The position numbers and the translations under genes were made by a program. A stretch of 64,000 bases of DNA. It comes from Octopus vulgaris (Eukaryota). The notes under the pieces were generated by a model that saw only the letters and a program-made list of their open reading frames with translations, searched no databases and was not told the DNA's origin. Of this stretch, positions 27,040 to 39,944 are shown one piece after another (the stretch's first letter is position 1; each line of letters opens with the position of its first letter). Where the stretch lies: positions 11,222,001-11,286,000 of the forward strand of contig OX597818.1 in the NCBI GenBank assembly GCA_951406725.2. The letters run 5' to 3'.

Positions 27040-27840
27040 AAACCAGATATCTAACCCACTGTCTTAAGCATGAACCAGTAACAAGGTTTCTTGGTGGTCA
27101 CTCATTCGGCTAGAAATAACAGTCAAATTTTCAACTCTCACTCTGCTGTCGTAAAAAGAGGACATAATTATCAAGGCACACAAGTAAAAGTGGGAATGTC
27201 TATGTGGTTCTTTATCATCCTAGAAATAGCAGACAAATTTCCCTATCTCAAGGAGCACCCTGTTGTCTTGAAAATGAACAGATAAAGCAGGATACATGAG
27301 CTAGAGGGAAGTTATGTAGGTCATTCGTTCTGCTAGAAATAACAGCCAAATCACACTGTAATTCACAGACTGACTTTCTAAACAGGAGAAACAAGGTTTG
27401 CGATTGTTTGATATGCTTTAAAAACAAACCAGATCTTCAATTCAACCCAGTTGTCTTTAAAAAACAAAGATTATTATACAGAAGGATGAGAAAGCATCTA
27501 TTAGGTCATACATTCTGCTAAAAATAGCTGCCGAATCTTCCTTAGATTACACTTTTCTCTTTTAATGTGATATATTAAATGTATCACTTCAAGACTTGAT
27601 GTGATATATTTCTTTATGTCAAACATATAAGAAATCCTTTATGTGCTCTACATGCTAGAAATAGCAACAATATCTCTCAAGTTACACACTATGGTCTCAC
27701 TAAAAGATGTACATTAGGTACTATAAACCCTGAATACCCTCTCAAAAGGAAAAATACATGATGGTCACAGATGGAATGCCTTTGAACATAGGTCTCTCTA
27801 TTGAATCAGAGCCAATCTGAGAGCTAAGTAGTAACAGCTG
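27040..27840 (+). repeat. Degenerate tandem array of ~6 family-H head units (~110-130 bp period)
   Basis: The motif (T)GCTAGAAATAnCAGnCAAAT..CTGTCTT recurs at ~27110, 27220, 27332, 27420, 27515 and 27653. Confidence 0.55.
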
Positions 27841-27957
27841 ATTTATAGCTTATCTGTTGTATAGTTTCTTTCATATCCATCCTCTTTCACCATCTGTTGA
27901 ACTTCTTTTGAAACTATCTTCAGACATTGCTGCTGATGGTAGAAAGGGTATCTGTGA

Positions 27958-27995
<38 letters not shown>

Positions 27996-28502
27996 CAAAA
28001 ATGGGACAAGAACGCAAAACATCCAGACAGTTAGGTGATGCAAAAAAGGTACAAAACATCCAGACAGATGATACAAAGAAAGCAAGGATGGATCATTTGG
28101 AGTTTTCTGTCCTCAGTCGAGTTCCAGATTATCTTTGCAATTTCAGCTGGTTGTACTTGAGATTGCTCCAATATGGCCAGCCCCAAGAAAAAACTAAGCT
28201 AAGAGCATTAGATTCCTTGGAAGAAAGCAGCGAATGTATACGAAAACAAGGGAGAGAAAAAAAACGGAGAATGTTACACAAATACAAACTCAAATAACAG
28301 GACATAACAACAGGTGTCTTTCGACTAAGGACAAATTAAGCTGGCATGCACACACACACACACAAAGAAATGGCTATTTCAATGGCCACTGTGTCTGCCC
28401 TTACCTGTTGAACTTATATCTAAGAATCTTTTTTGTTGCTGCTGCTGTTACTATTGTTAATAATAATAATGATAAATTTAATAATGATTCAAACTTCTGC
28501 AG

Positions 28503-28653
28503 GGTTGGGTAACAGCAGCTGATCACATATCACTAGAAAGTTACACAGTGCGGAAGCTGAAACCCAACAGAAATTATATATTCCTGGTGAGAGCTCGGAA
28601 TGCCCATGGTATTAGTCCTCCAAGTCCTTTATCTAGAATGGTTGAAACTCAAG
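28503..28653 (+). CDS. robo: Robo exon: C-terminal half of FN3 domain 1 (GWVTAADHISLESYTVRKLKPNRNYIFLVRARNAHGISPPSPLSRMVETQ)
   Basis: Not in the ORF track. TTCTGCAG acceptor; AAG|GTATGT donor; phase 0-1; matches ROBO1 [40 protein letters not shown]. Confidence 0.95.
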
Positions 28654-28804
28654 GTATGTTGCTCTAATGAAACTATTCTTTGAATATTTTTTTTTTTTTT
28701 GTTTGCAAAATTCTTCTTGTTCTCTTTGCATAAACTTTAGACATTTTACAAAATTCATAAATATGGAAGTAATATATGGATAAAATGTGATCTTTGGTCT
28801 AGGA

Positions 28805-29026
28805 CAGTGGTTCTCAACTAATTCTACTGCAGTGTACTCCTACAGCTATTTAATGTTTAAAAAATTCTGTTGTATTTTTATCATTAAATATTAGAAATGG
28901 TATAAAAAATATTGTTCAAATATTCAGTGTATTGTAGAAGTATAAGCAATTTATTGCTCATAAATTTTAACAAAACATTTTATATAGACCCCCAAGCACC
29001 ACGTGGACTCCAGTTGAGAACCACAG
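28805..29026. mobile_element. hAT (Charlie/Buster-like) MITE
   Basis: TIRs CAGTGGTTCTCAAC / GTTGAGAACCACAG; 8-bp target duplication GTCTAGGA / GTCTAGCA (7/8 match), like the nTCTAGAn hAT-Charlie target preference. Confidence 0.8.
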
Positions 29027-29611
29027 GTCTAGCAGATCAATGTACTGTAGATCTTATAATGTGAGATTGCTGGGTTTTGTTGCTGTTTTTACAGATAAAT
29101 GGAATGGTGGGTTAATATGGTCAAATAGGTAAACAGGCAGAGTAGAGAAATAGACAGGTAGATAGATGAGTTAAGGAACAGACATAGATTGCTAAACTTG
29201 GAAGCAAGTGTGGGTTGGTAACAGAAACTGGTAGTAACTGTAGAAGATTTGCCTCAGTTAATTCCATCTGACCCATGGAAATGTAGAAAAGTATACTTTA
29301 AAAAGATGGTGATGATGATGATCATAATGTGTATCTTCTGTGTTAATGAAGAAATGGTGACACTAAATAACGATTATAAACTTTGAAGCTTGTAAGCATT
29401 CACCATGTATTGGCTGCAGAAAATTGTCTGATATTAACAGAAAAAAATGGCTATTAATAAGCATACTGATACCAATTTTTTTCCTGTTGATGGCTTATAT
29501 GCCCCAATATTAGACTATTTTCTTTAGCCAATACATGGTGAATGTTTCTAGGCTTAAAGCTTAAAATTATTATTTGCAGAATACACACACACACACATAT
29601 ATATATCTTAA

Positions 29612-29940
29612 CATTTACTTGTTACAGTCATTGGACTGTGACCATACTGAGGCACCACCTTGAAGGATTTTCAGCAAACAAATCAACCCTAGTACATATT
29701 TTTTAAGTCTGGTAACCACTAAAGTAGAGGGACATGAACCAACACCAGTTGTCATTCAGTGACTTTGGGGACAGACACACACACAATAGATTTCCACATA
29801 GTTTCCATCTATCAAATTCAATCACAAGACATTCGTTGGCCTAGGGCTATAGCAAGAGACACTTACTCAGGATGCTATGCAGTGGGAGTGAACCGACATG
29901 GTTGCAAAATGAGCTTTTTAACCTCACAGTCATATGGCTT
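29612..29940 (-). mobile_element. SINE family A copy (diverged)
   Basis: Reverse complement of the family A tail and core. Confidence 0.65.
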
Positions 29941-31614
29941 GCCTACACACAAACACACACACACACACACACACACACATGCATTTATACATATGTATGT
30001 TTAAATGTTTGTATATATGTATAATAGTTTTATAATGCTATTGTTTGTTTGACTGTGTGGTTAAGAAGTTTACTTTTCAAGCAAATGGTGCTTGTTTTTC
30101 AATCCCATTGTAGATATAAAAATCATATTTCATGATTGTGTGTGTCTCCTCATCACCATACACAAAACCACCTCCCTCAGTGCTACTCTCTCTTGCACTC
30201 AGTTGGGGAAGCTTGTCTTGCAAGTATCTTGGTGACCTCACTGCTGCTAGTGCCACATAAAAAGCACCCAGCATGCTGTGTGAAGTGGTTGACATTAGGA
30301 AGGACATCTAATCATTGGAACCATACCAAAACAGACATCGCTTGAGGCAATCTTCTGATTCGCCATTTCATGTCCAATTTATGGAAGCACCTTCCATGCT
30401 GTCATGTTTGATGATGATAATGTTATATTTACACGCACACACACATTCATTCACCTGCATTATGTCCAGTTTCCAATTACGAAATTTTACTGTAAAAGCT
30501 TTGGGCAACCCAAGGCTATGGTAGAAGATACTTGTTCAAGCTGACACTCAGTAGGATTGAACCAGAATCTACATTACTGCAAAGTAGACTCCTTCTTATC
30601 TTCACAGCCATGTCTATGCCCATTTGTTAATTCATTTGGCCTCCTTCCACCGCAACCCTTCTTCTTCCTGCATTATTCATTTCATGAATTATGCAACAAT
30701 AAAATTTTTTTAAAACGTGTTGGAAAACACAAACAAAACCCCAAAACCATCTCTTTTATTTTGACTGTATTTTCATCTGTTACTCCCAATCCATATGTTA
30801 CAATGTTTGTCTTGTGTTACATCAATACAAAAATACATTTGTCTTTATTAGAAAGCAAAACACTTGCAGTTTAAATAAGTCAATAACAAAACAAAAACCA
30901 TACATTAATTGTCCTGTTTAGATATTAGATATTAGCAAATGGCCTTAACTCTCACTAGTTTCTTTTAGTTTTTTTTTTTTTTTTTTGTAGGGATTATTTT
31001 TGAGAGGGAGAGGAGGAGTTGTTTTGTATTCTGTTGTAGCTTTTCTTATTTCCTTTTTATTTTCCAGCCATATTTGCCTTCATTTTATTTTTTAATTTCA
31101 GCATTAGTTGACTATTTTAATCTCAAATGTATAAATGTTTGCTTTGTCTTTTGTATGTTTTTAGTTTCTATTGTTCTTTTCTTTTTATTTCTCCTCCTAT
31201 TTTACATGTTATGTTCATATATTTGATAATATTTTTCTTTATAGATAGCCATGTTTTAATTTTTGGTTTCTTTAAAACCATTCTGTGCCATGGAACACAT
31301 CAGTCTGCCCATGCATGCTATCTCTGGTTTCTTTGAATGGTTTTTGTAGCATACTGAGAAGAAATTCTTAGTTCCTTGCTCAATGTTCTTCTATTTCTTG
31401 TAGTCTCTGGAATACTCAACCACCCTGTAGACTGAATGTTTGAGATTACAAAAGTGATCCACAAAGTAATAAATGTCATTTTATTCAGGAGATATAAATT
31501 TTTTCTCTCAGTTAAAGCCTTTTCAACTATAAATAAAATAAATAAATCCTCTTTTATCAGATTCAATGATAAATATTCCCCTCGATTAATCCACTGAACT
31601 ACCTATCCAATGAA

Positions 31615-32382
31615 TTAACTCTTTAACATTTTAAACCAGCTATATCCAGTCCAAATGCCTTACTTGTTTTATACTCAGATCAGCCAGATCCCATCTCTCA
31701 CACTTACTCTACAATGTCATTCTAAAAATATATAATCATATGATTGAAATTTCAAAGATGGAAAATAATGCATGATTATCATCATCATCGTCATCATCAT
31801 TGTTTAGCATCTACTTTCCATGTTGGCATGGGTTAGATGGTTTGACTGAAACTAGTCAGCTGGAGAGCTGCACCAGATTCCAGTCTGATTTGGCATGGTT
31901 TCCAGAGCTGGATGCCCATCCTAACACCAACTACTCCAATAGTGTAAGGGATGCTTTTTACATGCCAGTTATGTGACACTGGCATCAGCTTCAACTACAA
32001 TTTAACTTGACTTGATGGGTTTTCTCAAGCACAGTATATCGCCAAAGGTCTTGGTTACTTAGCATTGCTTCTGTGAGGCCCAATGTTGGAAGGTTGCTTT
32101 TTACATGCATGTTTTCCAGTTACGTGGACTTGAGCAACATGAAATAAAGTGTTTTGCTGAAGGACACAACGAACCATCAAGTATTGAACTTACAACCTTA
32201 CGACCATGAGTCAAACGCCCTAACCATTAAGCCTCATACCTCACTAACTCAATATAGATACAGAAGAAAGTGAAGGTGCTAGTTATGTCACATCAGCATC
32301 AGCCATGACTACAATTTCACTAATTCAAAACAAGGCGAATAAATAGGCATTTGACAGAGTAATCCGAATGCTAAAGGGTTAA
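31615..32382. mobile_element. piggyBac-type MITE interrupted by nested SINE insertions
   Basis: The left part (31615-31778) and right part (32321-32382, ending AATGCTAAAGGGTTAA) join to give the sequence of the intact copy at 44875-45105. Confidence 0.7.
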
Positions 32383-33349
32383 AGTGGCAGTTACTGAGCA
32401 TTCCACAGGCACTTGTCCCCTTAACACAGGCTTCAAACTGAATCACTGTTACTATGTGCAGTATGGCTGAGCCATTTGAATTATAGTCCCAGCACATCCA
32501 ACAAGCTTCTATGCAATTTCTGTCTACTCAGTTTTACTTACAAGGCTTGGATCAACCCAAGGCTATGATATAATACATTTGCTCAAGGTTCTTCTGCACA
32601 GTGGCATTAAACTTCTAATGTCGTGATTATGAAGTGAACTTATTAACCATTCGACTATATCTGCATCGCTGTTAACATAAACACGTGCATACATTTTATC
32701 ATCACCATTGTCATCATTATGTCTATTTTTCCATGCTGACAGGGAGCAAAATTTTCTACAATTGGAGGTTTCTCCTGTTACCCAGCCTAAACTGTTTTTC
32801 AAATGCGGTATTTGATTTCATTGACCTCACTCATAGAAAGTAATGAACTTATCGAATACACACATGTCTATGTGTATATATGTGTGTATGTGTATGTATA
32901 TATCATCATCATCATACATCTGTCTTTTATGCTGACATGGGCTGGATAATTTGACAGGAGCTGGCCAGATGGAAGACTACACCTGGCTACTGTGTCTGTT
33001 TTGGCATGGCTTTTACAGCTGGATGCCCTTCCTAACACCAACCAGTCCATGTATATATATGTATGTGTGTGTGTATGATATGTATAAATATCTTTGTATA
33101 TTTATTTGATATCATGCATTTTGCATTATTGGTTATGGACTTTCAATGGACCAGTCATTGGTTGCATCTTTTCCAATAGCAGAAATGACAAGGAAATATC
33201 TGCATAAATCAAGTGGGATCATTACACTTAGAGTATCTATTGTTCAGCCCACTTTACCAGCTATTTTGCTGCTGCTGTAATTCTTTTTTATAAGTTAATC
33301 TTTCCTTTTCTTTTTAAAGATACACTTTATGTTTTATATCTGTGTACAG

Positions 33350-33468
33350 GTCGCAGAGGTAGTGCAATTTTCACACAGGAAGAAATTGAGCAGCGTTTAC
33401 GAGGAATTGTTGTTAACCTTCTTCAAGGTGAAGCATCTGGACCATCTGCCATCAAAGTCGATTGGCAG
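33350..33468 (+). CDS. robo: Robo exon: FN1-FN2 linker and start of FN3 domain 2 (GRRGSAIFTQEEIEQRLRGIVVNLLQGEASGPSAIKVDWQ)
   Basis: Not in the ORF track. TACAG acceptor; CAG|GTAAGT donor; phase 1-0; matches ROBO1 VDHKQVQRELGNAVLHL..SSSSIEVHWT. Confidence 0.92.
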
Positions 33469-33529
33469 GTAAGTGTTACACACATCCATACAAAAACACA
33501 CTGATTATATTTCATATACTATGTCACAC

Positions 33530-34139
33530 TGTTGTGATTTTAGTTTTGATTACGTGATTTTGATTGTCTCGATTGTTGTTATATGCCTGCACAGCAACTG
33601 CGTGGAGTTCTGTTCTGTTTGCAGACAACATGTTCAGAGTGGATTTTAGTTAGTTGAAAATGTAGCAACTCGCTGCATAAAAATGTTATTGCGTTGAAGT
33701 TTGGTTTTGCTTACAATTTAGCAATCTTTGCTTGTATTGTATATTGCTGTATTTTTAGTCGATTAAAACCTTTTAAACTTTGATATTTGAGTTTTGGTTT
33801 ATAACAATATAATCAACTAAAAAAAAATACAGCTAGAGAAAGAGAGAAAATGGACAGCAAATTTATAAAACCAAATTTGTTCACTGCTGATCCAAGTTCG
33901 AATCAAGCTTCGAAAGAATGGAAATATTGGTTCAGAACTTTAAAAAATTTTTTAGAATCATTTCCTGCTGAACCACCTATCATTGATGAAAGCAAACTTC
34001 GGTGTTTAATAGCGCACATAGCTAAAGACATTTACAAACTCATAAGTGAATGTGAGAATTACTCAGAAGCAATTCAAACTCTGGAGAGACCGTACGTGAA
34101 ACCTTTTAAACTTTGATATTCAAGTTTGGGTTTACAACA
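33530..34139 (+). mobile_element. Internally deleted Ty3/Gypsy-like LTR retrotransposon: 5' LTR (33530-33806), gag N-terminus (33850-34103), last 41 bp of the 3' LTR
   Basis: TGTTGTGA..T(A/T)ACA termini; ATTAAA signal at 33762; gag-like ORF MDSKFIKPNLFTADPSSNQASKEWKYWFRTLKNFL..KLRCLIAHI..YSEAIQTLERPYVKP; 33766-33806 is repeated at 34099-34139 (37/41 identical). Confidence 0.75.
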
Positions 34140-35420
34140 CACTAAAAAAAAACCTGCCATACAATTGAAGATAGTTGTGAGCTTAGTCAAAGATCTTTTT
34201 AATTCCCAATTCTAGTTATTTCATTTGTGTCATTCTTGTTCTTTGGGAAACACATAAACATCATAGCCTCTCATTTCTTATTTATTTCGTATTACAATTT
34301 GCAAAAAATAATGTCATCAGCTACAGGTTTCCAGTGAGCCAGTCATAAGTTTACTGAACTTCTGACTGCAAGGCTAACAAGGAAGCATGTGTAGCTTGGT
34401 GAAGAATATATATCGCAAAGAACTTCATGAAAAACATTGGCTTTCCAGTCTTTTCATTTGTATTTATGTTTTACTAATATACATTAGTATACACTTACTT
34501 ACAAGTTATACTTATACATACAAAGATACATAGTCAAATTATGCATGCACACACACACACACACACAGAAGCCAAGCCGATGAGGAAATCGTTACACCTT
34601 GACTTGTTAGAAATAGCATTTAAGTCTTCAAATCAAACCTTAAAAACCTTAAAAAAAGAATATCATATTGGACAGCTTCAATCTGGATGTACAAAAAGAT
34701 GGGATAGTTATGGCATGAAAGTCTCCAATTGTAAATCTGCTTGATCAATTCTGACAAGAGGATTAAACAACAACCGCCTCAAATAGTACATCTTTTGACT
34801 TCACAGCACTAAGCTTTTTTAGGTTTTTTTTTTTTGCAATATCTGTTTTCCTTGTTTACTTCCTGTTTTTATTTCAACATTACACTAAGTGGTCCTGTTT
34901 GACCCTTTTAATACCAACATGCCTGACTTTACATTTAAATTAATGCTTTCCATCATAATTTTATATAAGAACATTTTATGTTATGTTCTAAATACCAGCT
35001 TAATAATGACAAAGTTATTTTACTAAATCCTTTGAAATTCTTGAATATTTTCAAAATAGATTGAAATTTTTATAGACCAATAATTTTTAAGTTTTATGTT
35101 ATAAACCTGTCCAGTCCAAGATCAGAATATTTTTACCTCAGATTTTTCACATTTGCAAATTAAAATTAAACATTGATTACCTTTTTTTGACTATGCACAC
35201 ACAAACATGATATATATTCTGTTTAATGACTACAGGATGGTTAATTTAAAAACAGTATTTTGTAGATGACACACTATATGTCATGAATATTTCTAGTGAA
35301 GCGAAATTGTTTCAGAATCCTTAAAAAAATTACAAAGACACTCCTATGCTCAATGTCTATATTCCATTAGAAATATGGTGATAAAGGCATTAAATGTCTT
35401 TCATCTACTGCATTTTACAG

Positions 35421-35643
35421 GTTATGAAAGGTCACAGTGCTATAGATGGTTTCAAAATAAAGTACCGGCGCTCAGAGCACAATAGCGAGATCCGTACAAT
35501 TACAGTACAAGACCCAACAGCTACTTCGTATCTTATCGAAAACCTTTACAGTCAAACATGGTATGAGATATGCATTCGTGCATATGGAGGCAAAGTATTT
35601 TCTCAGTGCAGTAATCCCATTAAGGTTCACACCAACGAAGGAG
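35421..35643 (+). CDS. robo: Robo exon: remainder of FN3 domain 2 (VMKGHSAIDGFKIKYRRSEHNSEIRTITVQDPTATSYLIENLYSQTWYEICIRAYGGKVFSQCSNPIKVHTNEG)
   Basis: TTTTACAG acceptor; GAG|GTAAGT donor; phase 0-1; FN3 G(Y/F)xIxY and LxxxxxYEI motifs. Confidence 0.95.
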
Positions 35644-35859
35644 GTAAGTTGCAAATTCTCTCTGTAAAAAATGTTTGAAATAATTTGTTTGTATGGGTGA
35701 TGGTTGTGGTGTTGGTAGTAGTAGCAGCAGTGACAGCAAATGTGCAGATGTGTTTGTGTTCATAAGGATATTTATTGTAGGTGATAATGTTTTTATGACA
35801 TATATATATATATATATATATCCCTCTCCCTCTTTTGCACACATACACACACGGCAGTA

Positions 35860-36003
35860 ACTTCCACCTACCGAATCCAATCACAAAGCTCCGGTCGGCT
35901 CGGAGCTATAGTGGAAGACACCTACCCAAAGTGCCACGCAGTGGGACTGAACCCGAAACCATGTAGCTAGGAAGCAAGCTCCCTAATCACACAGCCATGC
36001 CCA
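35860..36003 (-). mobile_element. 5' half of SINE family A
   Basis: Reverse complement of GGCATGGCTGTGTGATTAG..CGGGTTCAGTCCCACTGCGTGGCACTTTGGGTAGGTGTC. Confidence 0.75.
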
Positions 36004-36199
36004 CGTATATATATATATATATATATATACGTATCTATACCGTAGACATATATGTGAGTAATGATATATATATGCATATATGTGAGTAATGATATATATA
36101 TGCATATATATATATGTATATATATATGTATGTACATACACACATTATATATAATCTCCAGTCCAATCCAGTGTTTTAAATCCCGGTTTTGTCCCCGTT

Positions 36200-37395
36200 A
36201 ACGGAGGTGGCCAGATCTATCTCAATGCCATAGCAACTGCCTTCACACCATCTCACCATCTTGTTCTGTTTTGGGCATCTTCCCTTCTCAAGCCAACCAT
36301 CCCAATTTCCTCCTCCACATTTTCCTCAGTCTACCTCACTCCTTCCTCATAGCTCTCGAAACCTACCTTTTTGCATGATTCTTCATACCTGACTTTCATT
36401 TGCTCAATCCTATTATTACATAAAGCTTTGTGCACCTCCTTCTTCCTTGCTATCACATCCCTCACCTTCTCGTCCCACAACCACATATCTCCTCGATCTC
36501 TCCTACCCTTCATCCTTCCACACACTTCATCTTTAGAGACCTCCACAAATCTGGTGCATCAATGCTTACCAATTCCCAAACTCTCTCCTTAAACCTTGCT
36601 CTTGTTTCTTCTTACTTCAATTTCTACACTTTTTTCCTCTCAACTGTTCACTTTCTCACACTATAACTTTCTTCTTATCCAAGTCAGCAACCACCAACCT
36701 GTGCTGCAACTCCCCTGGTATTGTCTTCACATTTCTCAGATACTTTCTGTTTTTCCTGCCAACCAACATGAAATCAATCTCTGTCTCATTCCCTCCTGCA
36801 CTGAAAGCCACCTTCCTTTTCTCTGTTTCCCTTAACCACATGTTTGCCACACACATCTATTTCTTATCACAAAACTCCAACAGCATCCTTCCTTCCACAT
36901 TTCTCTCCCCAATTCTGTTTTCCCCATCCACACTCTCAAAGCCCTGGATCCATTTCCCAACATGTCCATTAAAATCACCCATGCCCAAAACCAATTCATC
37001 TACCTTTTGTAAGTCCCACTCATTCACCATTTCATCAAAGAGCTGCTCTTTCTCGGCGATCCCTCTCCCACTTTGCAGACCATACCCACAAATCCCCCTC
37101 ACCACTTCTTCCTTAAATGCTATCACTACTGTCACTCTTTCTCCTGGCCTCCACCACTTTCTTAAAGATTTCTTCCTTCACCAAAACTCCCACACTTCCA
37201 GTCCCCTTGCTATTTCCCAACTGCCACAACTTGTACCTTCTTGCCTTGACTCCTACAAATCTTGTTCCCTGACCCCTCCACCTAGCCTCCTGCACACAGT
37301 ACACATCCACCCTCCTGTTCCTCAATTCCTCACACACCTCAGTTCCCCTCCAATACAGACTGCCCACATTCCAACTTCCCAACCTCACCCCAAGC
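36200..37395 (-). mobile_element. RTE-clade LINE fragment: apurinic-like endonuclease (EEP) domain and downstream region, frameshifted
   Basis: ORF pieces RLGSWNVGSL..VDVYCVQEARWRGQG, LGMGDFNGHVG..GERNVEGRMLLEFC, ANMW..TEIDFMLV..KTIPGELQHRLVVAD and WLWDEKVRDVIARKK are canonical LINE APE motifs (WNV, QE, GDFN, ID, (D)H). Confidence 0.88.
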
Positions 37396-37399
37396 TTGT

Positions 37400-37820
37400 G
37401 TGTGTAGTTATCATGGCTATGTGGTAAGAATTTTGCTTCCCAAACACAAGGCTTCAGGTTCAGTTTCACACCATGGCACCTTGGGTAGTGTGTTCTGCTA
37501 TAACCTCAGGCCAACCGAGTGTTCTGCTATAACCTCAGGCCATCCATTGCGAGTGGATTTGTTAGGTGGACACTGAAAAAAGCCCATCATGTGTGTGTGT
37601 GTGTATTTGTGTCTGTGTTTATCCCCACTATTTCTTGACAACTGGTGTTGGTGTGTTAATGTCCCCATTACTTAGTGGTTTGGTAAAAAAGACTGATAGA
37701 ATAAGTACCAGGCTTTAAAAAAAAAAAAGTGCTGGGGTCAATTCATTCAATTCATAATTTTTCAAGGCAGTACCCCAGCATGGCCACAGCCTAATGACTA
37801 AAAAACAATTAAATGATAAA
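37400..37820 (+). mobile_element. SINE family A copy with an internal ~25-bp tandem duplication (GTGTTCTGCTATAACCTCAGGCCA x2)
   Basis: Family A head, core and tail. Confidence 0.8.
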
Positions 37821-38949
37821 TGATATATGTTATCAGTGTCCACTTTCTCATACTTTAGTTGGATGATGTCATATTTGAGACAGGATTTTATGCCAAAATA
37901 TATTCTTCCTGTCACCAATCCCTAATTGTTATTTTTTTAGATAAGAGAGATTCATTATTCCCCAAGCCATCAACAGTACAGAGTGCTCACTCATAGTATC
38001 AAATAGGAGTATAACCTGCTTTATTTGTTGAGTTTTGTTTGCTGAGTTAGTTGTCTTACTTCATAGAGTTTATGCAGAATCCTTTGGGATTAAAATGAGA
38101 TAAATTCTTTTAAAATCAGAAGGAAAAATATATCTGCTTATTTATGCATATTATATGAAAATGAAGCCTTCTTTATTGTCCCATTGGCTCTGTATTATTA
38201 ATATTGATATTTTATAGATTCCAAAGTGCTGAAAGGTTAAAATGAACCCATGAATGGAAGACTAGAAGCTAGATAATTATATAGATATATTTTTATTAAT
38301 CTGTAATATTTCAATCATCTGCCACACACTGGTAGGGCTATTTATTGGACACAGTGATGCTTAAACCAGTAGAATATGTGTAAGATTGTGTTTATCACTT
38401 GTGTGTGTGTGTGTATTTAGTTATGTATTTGTACTTTATTATGTCTGTGAATGTAGAGTATGTCTCTGTATGCATTCTATTTTATTGATTAGCCTAAATA
38501 TCCTCTTCTTCCTCCCTTTAAATACACCCATATTCACCTCTAACCTCTGTCACTTACAGAATTAAAAACCATGATATATCACTTTTGCTATAATCATTTT
38601 TGCTGTCGCTCCACCTACAACTACTACTACTACTACTGTTTGGTGTTGTTACCAATATTTGAATAGTTGCCAATGTCTGTAGAAAGATAAACATGTAATC
38701 TGTAAGATTAGGTCAGCAGTGTCTCTCTCAAAAAAAGAAAAGATGATGAAAATCAAATTTACATATACAACTTTAATTAGTTTTATATCTGCACCCAGCC
38801 ACTCCTAATTGACACTGGAGAGGTTCCACTTTGCCTACCGTTTCTTTTGCTGCGGACACCAACTACTAAATAAACAGTGAGCCAATGGGAGTTATACAAA
38901 CTATTAGAAATAGCAGAGAAATTCCCCTCAAATTACACTTTACTGTCAT

Positions 38950-39345
38950 AAGCACAGGTATGGCTGTGTGGTAAGAAGCTTGCTTCTCAACCACATGGTT
39001 CTGGTTTCAGTCCCACTGTATGACACCTTAGGCAATTGTCTTCTATAGCCTTGGGCCAACCAAAGCCTTTTGTGTGGATTTTGTAAACAGAAATTTAAAG
39101 AAGCATGCTGTGTACATTTACATGTGTGTGTCTTTGTGTCTGTGTTTGTCCCCCACCTCTGCTTGATGACCTGTGCTAGTGTGTTTATGTTTCTGTAACC
39201 TAATCGTTTGGCAAAAGAAACCAATGGAAAGAATACCTGACTTAAAACAATAAGTACTGGCATCAATTCATTCGAGTAAAAACTCTCCAAAGCAATGCCC
39301 CAGCATGGCCACAGTCTAATGACAGAAACAAGTAAAAGATAAAAA
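38950..39345 (+). mobile_element. SINE family A copy inserted in a family-H repeat
   Basis: Family A consensus; family-H halves at ~38880-38948 and 39350-39440. Confidence 0.8.
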
Positions 39346-39944
39346 TAAATGACAAGTCTGAAAATTAGACCCTGACTGAATGGTCAATCCCTTGATTCAT
39401 AGGTTTGCTTGAGCAGCATTGACCTGAGGCTAAGCAACAAAATATTTTAGTTCAACACACCAGCAAGCAGGCATCCGCAGATTAATCTCTCACCTCTGTA
39501 AAAAAGAAAAGACACAGCAGACAATGCCATCTTGAATATACACAGAAGGATGGGCTGAGCCTGTCAGAGATGTGTTTGTTGATGAGTGTGTTCAATCTGA
39601 GTTGATCTGGAGACCTGAGACTACAACCAACAATAACAATGAGTTAACAAGAGATTATACAGGGCTCTTTAACCTACTAAAAACAGGAACCATATCTCTC
39701 ACAAATAACTCTTTATCATGTTAAAAAGAATGTATATAGACACTTAAATTAAGATCAGTGTTTACTAATTTTCAGGAATGTTAAATCCTAGCTTAATTTC
39801 ATTTTGGATTTAAATATTTAATGAAAGCAGAGTACACATCCCATATTTTTCATAACAGTAATTCACAATTTAAAAAAAGCATTCAGTGCTACAAACATCA
39901 AAGCAAGAGTTGTAATATCTGGTTATGATGGAAGAGAATTGTGT

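Noticed and set aside
36768-37427. 219-aa plus-strand ORF
   Set aside because: Antisense shadow of the minus-strand RTE endonuclease fragment.
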